A stretch of 64,000 nucleotides of DNA from Epiperipatus broadwayi (lineage: Eukaryota > Animalia > Onychophora): positions 15,438,001-15,502,000 of the forward strand of contig JAQFVV010000001.1 of NCBI GenBank assembly GCA_028023455.1, in the 5' to 3' direction. Both the position numbers and the translations under genes were made by a program. Numbering within the stretch: position 1 is the stretch's first letter; every line of letters begins with the position of its first letter. This document shows, one piece after another, positions 53,920 through 64,000 of this stretch. The notes under the pieces were generated by a model. It made no database searches, was not told where the DNA came from, and saw only the letters and a program-made list of their open reading frames with translations.

Positions 53920-54165
53920 ATACATTAATACAAACTTAATTTTAAACTTTGTGTGTTTGATTAATACTCTGTAATTCAATACTAGCACTATAAATGCATA
54001 AACACATTTGCATAACATTAGACAATCAGTCACTTCACAAAGAGCTATGATTATGAGAGCCATAACTCTTAAAGGCACTCAGCCTATGGTTTAATAAGAC
54101 ATTAAATATGCTTTGTGTTTATGCATTTATAGCACTAGTAGTGAATTACAGAACATACATTAATA
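53920..54165. mobile_element. Very small fold-back insertion with 11-bp direct repeats
   Basis: Inverted arms at about 53968-54016 and 54107-54152. ATACATTAATA at 53920-53930 and 54155-54165. Confidence 0.7.
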
Positions 54166-55492
54166 TGTTGGTAGGGTTTACTACTAGCCATTACCCATGA
54201 ATTAACATTATCCACTAAGAACTTTATAAGTAAATGTCATAGTTACAGCAGTATATTTGCCACTTAATTTTTTAACTAAACAAAAATGTTAATTTAGACC
54301 ATATATAAGCTTGTCATTAGAACTTGTGGTAAAAAAATTCCAATGGTTAACTGAAAGTAAAACTTAAACAAATAAAATTTAGTAAAAATTTCATAGGAAA
54401 TAAACTTCTGACTACTAAGAAGATTGCATTTTAAAACAAATTTTTAATATTGCCCTGGGACAGCAAACTATGCATTTTTCTGTATTAAATATAACTTCTT
54501 AGAAGTTGTTTTTAAATGTAAAAAGTGAAAATCTTAAAAAATAATGCCAAATCTTCATTAAGTAATTTAAAAATTAATTGGGAAAAAAAGGTTTTATTTT
54601 TCTAGAAGAAATACTCATTTAAACAATAATTATAAATTTGAAGATAAAATTGTTAATAGCCAAAATTTAATAGGGAAAAAAAATCAAGATGATTTTTAAT
54701 TGATTGTTTCTTGTTTGAATTTAAACACTAAAAATAAACTTTAATTCTACATGTCTTTTTAAATTTATGTTTTATTTTTTTTCCTATTTATTTAATTCAT
54801 CTTTGTCTTTAAATAAATACATGCATTATAAAATTTAGTCATAGAAATTACCTGTGCATTATTGCTTTTATATAAAAAAAATACAACATATTTATTGTGC
54901 TTTAGTATCAATTAAATGTTATTAACAAGAATTTGGCTCACAAATTTGCTTTAATACACTATTTTTCTGAAACTAATCAATCAACCAAAACAAAAACCCA
55001 ATCCTATATTTCAATGTTAAAAAAAAATCAGGTATTGTTTTATAGCAAAACTATGACTTTTACTTCAATTATTACATTTGAATGTGAAAAATATCATATA
55101 CTTACAAATGGCAAAATGCTTTTTTTCACCAATCACTACTTTTGTATTGATGCACTGGTTTTTTTTTTACTAAACTGCCCTTTGATAAGTGATATGTTTG
55201 GAAAATTGCTACTATTCCTAGTAATCACACTTTTATTGATTCCATTGTATCTTGCAACTAATACATGACACTTGCAGTCATTGATACTACTATATATACC
55301 AGAGGATTTTTTATGAGACTATAATACTTCAGTAATGATGCTTTACAATACTTATTCATGTTCAAAAGAGCTTTTTTTAATGTGATTAAATTTGAACATA
55401 TTTAAATTGTATAGCAAATTTTATGGTTTTACTGTTTTGTTATAATTTGTCAATGACTACACAATTTTTTTTTTTTGGCTTTTCTTAGGCAA

Positions 55493-56477
55493 CAAATACA
55501 TACACAAATATAATCAAACTTATCCCAAAATCACAACCAAGATTATCCAAAGAAATACAACGAATGGTTTCATTGCTACAAGCAGATTTCTCCAGTATAA
55601 AGGACTACAAGATAACAAATATATACTAAACATTATCCACAATTCCACTTATATCCCACACAACCTTAATATTAAAAGAACTTTTAAATAAGTTAATTGC
55701 TTTAGAATCATCAATTTTTAATAATAAAGATTTTTTTTATTTCATTTCTTTCAAAAAAGACAATCTTAACCTCATCAAAACTAATAGTGTGGCAGGTATC
55801 TTTTTCATGAATATATAAAGCAAAACTGAGATATTTATTTCTAATCTTACTTTTATGTACCTTTATCCTTTCATTTAAGCTCAAACTACTCTGGCCTATA
55901 TATATATCTTCTTACAAAAACAAGGGATAATATACACAACTCCAATTCCTATCAAAAACTTCCCTTATATTATTTAATAAAGTATTTAAAATAATATTTT
56001 TCCATGCAATTTTCTTAAATAATTTATTAAATAATACAAAGGAAGTTTTTGATAGAAAGACTATTTCTGGAGTAATATATATTATCCCTTGTTTGTAAGA
56101 AGGTATATATAGATTAGAGTAGTTTGAGCTTAAATAAAATATAAAGATACATAAAAGTAGGGTTAAAAATAAATATCTCAGTTTATGAGGCTAAAATTGT
56201 TTTCTTTGAAAGAAATTAAATAAAAAAAATTAAAGAGTCTTTATTATTAAAAATTTATGATTCTGAAGCAATTAATTTATTTAAAAGTTTTTTTTTAATA
56301 TTAAGGATGTATGGGATATAAATGGAATTGTGGGTAATGTTTAGTATATATTTGTTGTTATCTTGTAGTCCTTTACCCTTGAGAAGACAACAGTGAAACC
56401 ATTAGTTTTATTTTCTTTGGTTAGTCTGAATTAGTTGTGAATTTGGGCTAAGTTTGATTATTTTATTGACTAGTTTG
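55493..56477. mobile_element. Penelope-like head-to-head palindrome (arms about 55493-55980 minus, 56023-56477 plus)
   Basis: The left arm reads GVVYIIPCFCKKIYI-GQSSLSLNERIKVHKSKIRNK...HEKDTCHTISFDEVKI. Degenerate HHRs lie at about 55554-55600 (minus) and 56371-56410 (plus). The right arm lacks about 45 bp. Confidence 0.88.
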
Positions 56478-56812
56478 ACAAATGTATAAATACATTAAAA
56501 CACACAGCATAGAATTTCATATAAAAGCATACCTAATTAACTGATTCATTTTCATATCACAATAGAATATTTCTATCATTTATCAGAAATATTTGAATAT
56601 CTATTAGCTTTAATCCAATAAGATTAAGAACCTTTAGTACCTCCAAACTATCTTTAATGGGCACCATCATGAATCTTGTTTGCACTATAAAAAATTTAAC
56701 ATTAGAAGGCTTGAAATGTCAAAAGTATCTTTCTTTGGTAGCTGTTATATGCATAAAAAACAGTCAACCTAATATATATAGACTGCAAAAATAATATATG
56801 AACACACCAAAA

Positions 56813-57273
56813 CATGTAAAATTAAAAATAATCAATTTAAAACAAAACTGAAATAAACAACTCACTATAAATAAAAATATTATTTACTACATCAATCCGG
56901 CTTTTATTCCTTAATGGAACTATTTCAAGATGTTTCTTTTTACACAATCACATGACCAATTGCCCTATAGCACCCCCTCCCCAATGAACATTATATACAT
57001 TACAATAAATATAATTATTAAAATACATAGATGTACATGAAAATGATTAAACTTACTATAATAAAAAAAATTAAACTCATCATTTTTATATACATATGTG
57101 TATTTTACTAATGATATTTAATGTATGTCTAATTGGTCATATAATTGTGTAAAAAGAAACATTCTGAAAAGGTTCCATTAAGGAATGAAAACTGGATTGA
57201 TGTATTAAATAGTACTTTTATATATAGTGAGTTGTCTATTTCAATTTTGTTTTAAATTAGTTTTCATTTTATG
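56813..57273. mobile_element. Fold-back insertion with a degenerate HHR in each arm
   Basis: Arms at about 56813-57047 and 57078-57273. HHR-like motifs at 56889-56933 (minus) and 57159-57203 (plus). Confidence 0.8.
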
Positions 57274-60200
57274 TATAGATGGCAACATTATAGACAAATT
57301 TTAACATTGAAATTTAAACATTTAAAATAACAAAACATATTTCAGAACGCTCCAACAATGACACTTAAATAAGTACACATATTGTTACATATAATATACT
57401 TAAATAAATACAAGAGATGTTTGACAGAGATTAAAATATAGTTTCAAGCTTTTCAATAATTTCCAAATAGATCTTTAATATTTTTATGCCACAATAGCCG
57501 TAAGTATGGTACAAAAGTATCAAAACATCTGTGTTTACAATATTAACATATTTGTGAGATGGAGGTCTTCATTATTTATTATATATATAAAAAGTGAATT
57601 TATTTCTGTGTATATATTTTATAATTAAATATAGAAACATCTAAATTTAATTTTTTTTAAAAACTACAATTTTAGATATACAATATAGAGTGATTTCTCA
57701 ATTCATCAAATACACATATTATTAAGATAAACATATTATTTTTCAGTATTCTTCATCTTTCATTGGTCCTCAATTCATATGTTATAAAATATATATCCAA
57801 CATTTTTCAAATTATGATTTGTTACCATCATTGGCAAATAATGTTCCCAATATGTATTTATTCAGATAGAAAGTTTTTTTTTTTAAACAAAATTTTTCAT
57901 TTTTAATTCTTATAAGTCAGAGAAAAAGTAGCAATGTCTTTTTTTTTTTTAAGTGTTGAAAGAATTTTTGTTTTCTTTACAATTTTTTTTATTAAAACTC
58001 CTAATGTCATTGATGAATCTCTTAAAAAACAATATCTTTAAAATGAAGTGTTTTTTTTGAATACATTTTAGAATAGATATGAAGATTTAGCTTTTTAAGC
58101 AAAAATGTTAAAGAAAATGTATTTTTTTATTATGTTTCTATGAATTATAACTTTTGAAATCAAAATAAAAAATATATTTTAAAGCATTTTTAAATAAAAG
58201 TTTTGAATACTTGTTTTTTTTTATATCGATAATGTAAACGCATATAACTATGGTAAATCATAAATTATTAATAACTATAATCAAAATCAAAAAATATAGT
58301 TACTTATTTTTATCAAATTGCATTAAAAATGACAATAAAAAATAGTATACTTTTAAAATTTAAATATCATGCATGTCAATTATATAATTTATAAATGGTT
58401 CCAACTCAAAATGCAATTAAAATTTAAAAGCTTTCTAATATGAATATAAATAACAAATCAAAAGTATATTAATAGAAACAAATGCTGTCAGAACATCATT
58501 ATTTGAAGAAGCACTTTTAATAATTTTTTTTATTTTCTATTAATCTCGTAATTTTCATGCAAGCTGTTTGTTAGTGCTATAAGCAAGAGATTGTCTTTAA
58601 TGGCATACATATGTTAATTTTAAAAAAGGTTTTCATGATATTAAGATAAGATTTAAGTTCCATCTAAAGTATTTAAAGCCAGTCAGTAGGTTTCAGGATA
58701 GAAAAAGGTAATCAAATATGAAGACAATAGAGAGATTATATTTATTCTGTGAAGAGGTGAAAGTTATCCCTCTGTACATGTACAACATTGATTTGTTTAC
58801 ATCAAAAAAATAAGTTTATACTTTAGTCATTTTTTATTGTTTATTTTCTATATAATTAGTAATATTTCATTTCTTAATAAATAGATTTTATTTGAATATA
58901 TTGTATTTTAACAGAAAATTAGTCGACTAAAAATTTATTGATATCGAAGAAAAATGCTTCCTTTCAATAATATTATTTATAATTAATATTTAAATTTTAG
59001 TATTTTAAAGCATGTTTTTGTTGTTTGAACTCATTCATATATTAATGAAATATTTTTAAATATAGAGATTTTTCAGAGAATTTTTTTTTACATTAAAATA
59101 CATTTTTTTGAGTCTAAAAACTGAAATGTTTTGATTGTTTACTTCAATTTATTAGTCTTTTTTTTTTTGTAAAGTTAATATTTTATAGAAAATTTCATTT
59201 TTTGAAGTTACGTTTTTAATAAAATTTATAAAAATTGAAAAAAAAAATAGAAAATATTTTTTTTTTCATTAAAAAAATATAATGAAAAATCTAAAAAATA
59301 AAAAGATCGTACATGATATATAAATATATTGAACAAAAAAATCACTTAAAGATTAACATTTTTAGATATAATTAAAGCAATGACATTTACCTATTAAAAT
59401 AAATGTTCATAAAAAATTAATGATTAAATAAAATTGTTTATTTAAAAAAATCTAATAGCTATATATATAGACTAAAGTAAATTAATGCAACACCCTTCAG
59501 AGTCAAAGCTATGATGCAAAGAATGAAAATGAAATCACTTCATATTTGTTTCCAAGTGAATTAATTATAAGAATATAAGCTACAACACTAGCAAACATGA
59601 AATTTAAATCAGCTATTTAATTTATCTTATATATATATAATAATTAATAACTGTGAGTTACACATGAAATAGTGTGAAAGGAAACTACTCTTCACATATG
59701 AGCTATATAAAATTGTCACAAACGCTCCCATCAATAAATGTTTTTAAAGCATAAGTGGTAAATTGTTATTTGCTTATACGACCTATTAAATAGCAATTAT
59801 TTCTGCCTTTATAAATTACATAATAAACCAATTTAAAGCTATGTGGTCATCTCCATTGATTTAAATTTCATGTTTGTTGGTTTTATAGTCTGTTTAGATA
59901 TCCATATAAGAGCTTGAAAACTAAAGTGATTTTACTTTTATTTGTTGCATTTGATAATAAAACTGGTCATTAAACATTATAGCATATTTAAGTATATTTT
60001 ATATACTATATTTTATGTATATATACATACATTTTGCAAATAAGGGCAAAGTTGCACTTAAAGCAATGATTAAGTTGTATTTCATGCTCAGAATATTTCT
60101 GTAAATAATCATTACCTTTCTTCTCATAGATATTTTTAGAGTCTTTTTTATTATTATTGTTTTTGAGAATCTATTGATTATTTTCTCCATTCTATTGAAA

Positions 60201-62529
60201 AACGGATGAATCAAGAATTTACTGTATATATATTTTAAAAATAAGACCTGAACTTTTTAAAAAAAAATAAAAAAAAAGTACTTGAAAACTAATAATCTGA
60301 ATGAATTATTAATTGAGCAAGAAGATGGTGGTGGGGGATTTTATTACTTCCCCCCTCCTGATATTAAGATCATACAGTAATTCCAATTCTTTAATAAGTG
60401 CTTGTAGATGGAATTTCTGCAATTTTGTAATAAATCTCACACTGGAAATAAAATTATTCTAGAAGTGTAAACTATCACAAGGTGAAAACTTTCAGTTTCA
60501 TTCTAAATTTATGAGAGGCAAAACAGATGAATCACTTTTCAAACACTATGAAAAGAACATAATATACTTTAATTTAATACTATATTCTATACTGAAAGTT
60601 AAAAATAAAAATACAAAACTAAAATGAGTATGTATCTGAAAATAAGTAAAAATGTGCATAATTAGAAACGAACATTTGAAAATACTAACTCAATTATTAA
60701 AATTTTATTATTTATTATCTTTGATGTAAAAGTCTCATTAAAACTTATGAACCCAAAAAAAGTTCTTAGACCAAAGGCAGATGAAAGTAAAATTTACATA
60801 AGATTGCTATAGGAAGGAATAATAAAAGTTCTACATTGTATAGGGTACTGCTAATGAGTTACATGTTTCATACTTAAAAAAAAAAAAAATAGTTTTAAGA
60901 TTTTTAAAATGAAATTTTGCAAAAGCAAAAGGTTGCACCATATTTTTCTTTTAGAATAAAAGTCCTTAGCAGAAGGGGGGAGAAATCTAAATTAGAATTA
61001 GAAAAAATTTAAAACACTTTTTTTCTCTCTCTGTCTTTGTAAATAAAACTTTTATAATGTACTCAATCAATATCCCCTGACTAATAGGTATTAGATAGGG
61101 ATTTTATGCACAAACCTTGCATCCATTGACTACTCTGGCTTGCACTAGTGGCACTACTGTATGGAGTTTTGCCTGTTTTAACAGCTTGAGCAAGTACAAG
61201 TCGTGATCATGTGATGTTTAGTATAAAATTTACTTATGTCTTTACATTTCAATTATATGTATACATATATATGAACAATTCTAATATATTTTTAATAAGC
61301 ACATAAATAATTTACAGCTTTTCAAATATGTAAAACTGAGAGTGGAACAAACAAATCTGAATATATTACTAAAATAATTCACAAGTTAGATTCCTAAAGA
61401 ATCATTTAATGAACAGGAAACAAAAAAGTTTCATAAATAGGTTTATATTCTGTATTACATATTTAGTAAGCTGTAAAATTATTTATATGCTCATTAAAAT
61501 AAATTCCATGTAAATTAATATCTGAAACTGTAATCTGACTTGCTTAGTATAAAAACAAAAACCGCTGCTAATAACAAGTTTGACTTGTCAAATATCATTG
61601 CTTGACTTATTATTATTTAACAAATAGATTGGCATTGTTATATCAAAAGGTGGGCATTATTTATAGGATCATTTAAATGATTCTTTGGGAATTTAGCTTG
61701 TGAATTATCTCAGTGAAATATTTATTCCGCAAATAGATTTATGTATGAAGATAACATATACTCGTTATTTTAAAATAAATTTTTAAAAACATAAATTATA
61801 ATGGAGCAAAAAATGATTTATAGTGGAACCATGAATTATGCTATATCTGACTATAAGAATTTAATTATTTACTATCCAAAGAAAAATGAAAACATACAAA
61901 CAAAAATGTAAATAAACTAATAAAAAAATCATTAAAATTCACAAATCTTATAATATTAGTCAATTATTTTCTTTCTCTGAATACAGAATGTATTAAAAAT
62001 AGAATACTTTTTAAAATTAATACTAAATTTTATAAAATTTTAAACATATTTAAAAATAATACTTTTTTAAAAACATAAAAGCAATTAGAATTTATTATTT
62101 ATTAATAAAGGAACTAATCTATTATGTTCCTACAAGAGAAAAAAGTTGTTGAAAAAAAAAAAAAAATCATCCAGAGCTTATTTAATAGGAGGAGAGTCAG
62201 ACATGTTGCTACTCACTTTATTTTAAAATAAAAATACAATAGTTGGATTTTTTTTCTTATTGCTTCAGTAGGTATATAAGTGAATGCACACCAAATAAAA
62301 GAAAATAAATATCCCTTTATATTATCAATAATTATAATTTTTTAAAATTTTGTTTATACTAAAATCTTTATATAGGCATACAATACATATAAAAAAGCAT
62401 CTATGATATATATATATGCATGTCAAAAAGTACTGTACACTTGTAGTTCAATAAACAATATTATTCTATTTAAATCTTTGTTTATCAACAAAACGTGAAC
62501 TAGTTTCAATAATAATTTATTATTTCTAA

Positions 62530-64000
62530 TGTATACAGTGATGTGTAATCATACAATTGGGGTTTACATTGTTGTTCTAACTATCTTGTTATTTCCATTT
62601 GGGTTCTGATGAGTCTATGTTGCCCAATATGGTGTGAACATTAGATCTTTCACATATTTGTTATCTGATTATTACCCCCCCCCCTTTTGCCTTGTTGTTA
62701 GTTTGGCATATTGTATAATGTCCAAGTGTCTTCAAATGTTTTTGACGATGCCAGGAGTTGGTCTCTCTTCTGGATTTTAATCATTGTTTTGGAGGTCGTG
62801 GGTGTTCCATGATTAGTTTACAACGTGTAACCCATATGGCATAGTTCAAAAACACCGAGAGACGTATTATTGGATAGGTTTTAGTATTGATACTATCTTT
62901 CAGAGATGAGATCAGTTGGAAATCTATCTTGGTGTTGGAGAGTATGATTTCTCGGATCACTCTGAATCCCATACATTGTGAGAAAAGGTGTTCCAATGTC
63001 TCATCGCTGTTCATGCAAATGCTGCAAGTAGGGTCTATGTTATGACCACGTTTGTAAAAGAGGAAGTAATTAGTAGGTAGTCCATTAATGTTGTATTTAA
63101 TGAGGAAGTCTAGGTATTTAGCCTCTAGACTCCATCTTTTAAAGTTGGATACCAGTTTCTGATTATTGTAATAAAATGTGTTGATTATAGGATGTAAGAT
63201 TGGATGGAGGATTGTGTATGCTTGCCATAATGATATTTTAGAATTGAATGTGGAGTCATTTATTGAACAGTGCTGTTTGATAAAGCTTGTGTTTCTAGTG
63301 ATCCATGTTTGTCTGTCTGGTGGGGGTCGGTCAGTGGGTGTTACCTTTTGAAGGAAAGTTTTTTGGAGAATTGTGTTAAAACCATATGATGCTACCAAGT
63401 TGTGTATGACATTGTGGGTTTTTTGGTAAATCAATGCCTGAATGGAGTGGAGATCAAGACCATTTAGCTTTCTTGGTCGCTGAGTGCCTTTGAGGCTGAT
63501 CGCGACCGTTTTACCTTTCCAGAAAAGCCTTGAGCACAAGCCATTTATTTTATTTATGAAGCTTTTGTTGCATTTGATAAATGGAAGAAAGTATGCTATT
63601 TTTGGCATCACATTCATGTTAATTAGTGTTACCTTGCCAGGGAGGGAAAGGTAGACTTGTGACAAGGAAGTGATGAATTTGTTTGTTGTTTCTAGGATGT
63701 TATCCTGAATCTCTTTGGTCATTGCTGTGGTAGATTTGAATATGGAAAACCCAAGATATCTCTGTGGCTTGGCAGAGAAGAGGGTGTTAATTTTCCTTCC
63801 TGAAACAATTTGCCAGGAGGCAGACTTGCTGGGGTTGAATTGCAGCCTGTATTTCTCAGTATAGCAGCTTAATATTGTTTGTAGCAAAGGAATATGTTTT
63901 CTTGATGGTAGGATGATCATTACATTATCCATGTAGGCAAAAACGTGTTGAATTCTCTGCTTAAATTGGGTATAAAAAGACCTGGTAGATTTTTTTCCAA
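62530..64000 (-). mobile_element. L1/Tx1-like LINE 3' half, continuing beyond the window
   Basis: RT tail plus CCHC finger; homologous to the 34.7-38.1 kb and 6.2-6.9 kb copies. The 3' boundary is approximate. Confidence 0.9.
62781..63932 (-). CDS. Open 383-codon C-terminal part of LINE ORF2 (RT thumb plus zinc finger); not a real start codon
   Basis: The ATG is the M of AYMDN (YMDD equivalent). Also LSLPGKVTLIN, LFWKG, PRKLNGLDL and CSICMNSDETLEHLFSQC. Confidence 0.88.
   Translation of the reverse strand: MDNVMIILPSRKHIPLLQTILSCYTEKYRLQFNPSKSASWQIVSGRKINTLFSAKPQRYLGFSIFKSTTAMTKEIQDNILETTNKFITSLSQVYLSLPGKVTLINMNVMPKIAYFLPFIKCNKSFINKINGLCSRLFWKGKTVAISLKGTQRPRKLNGLDLHSIQALIYQKTHNVIHNLVASYGFNTILQKTFLQKVTPTDRPPPDRQTWITRNTSFIKQHCSINDSTFNSKISLWQAYTILHPILHPIINTFYYNNQKLVSNFKRWSLEAKYLDFLIKYNINGLPTNYFLFYKRGHNIDPTCSICMNSDETLEHLFSQCMGFRVIREIILSNTKIDFQLISSLKDSINTKTYPIIRLSVFLNYAIWVTRCKLIMEHPRPPKQ

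Noticed and set aside
58223-58230. DRE promoter motif TATCGATA (also near 15676)
   Set aside because: Isolated 8-mers, one inside an RTE remnant, with no other promoter context.
885-60214. Most 60-110 aa ORFs in the supplied track as host genes
   Set aside because: They are low-complexity F/I/K/Y/N-rich translations expected from AT-rich DNA, or antisense/off-frame reads of TEs, with no recognisable domains.
62600-62645. Plus-strand CTGATGAG motif as a hammerhead
   Set aside because: It lacks GAAA and proper stems and lies antisense within the LINE 3' region.

Overview
This is very AT-rich, strongly CpG-depleted eukaryotic DNA, most likely from an invertebrate animal. I cannot support any intact host protein-coding gene, and there is no rRNA, CRISPR array or operon structure. 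The window is mostly decayed retroelements: three L1/Tx1-like LINE pieces (one nearly complete EN-RT-zinc finger ORF at 34.7-38.1 kb), three RTE-type LINE remnants, a Vingi/Ingi-like LINE, two LTR-like segments, a pogo/Tigger remnant and a tRNA-Gly-derived pseudogene. The standout signal is at least seven head-to-head fold-back (palindromic) insertions built from Penelope-like element (PLE) 3' ends. Several carry GIY-YIG remnants and/or hammerhead ribozyme (HHR) motifs, including one essentially intact minimal type I HHR at 33180-33223. Three small ones share one geometry: 11-17 bp flanking direct repeats, and a 37-41 bp tail on only one arm. All family assignments come from translating and matching motifs by eye, and boundaries of decayed elements are approximate.
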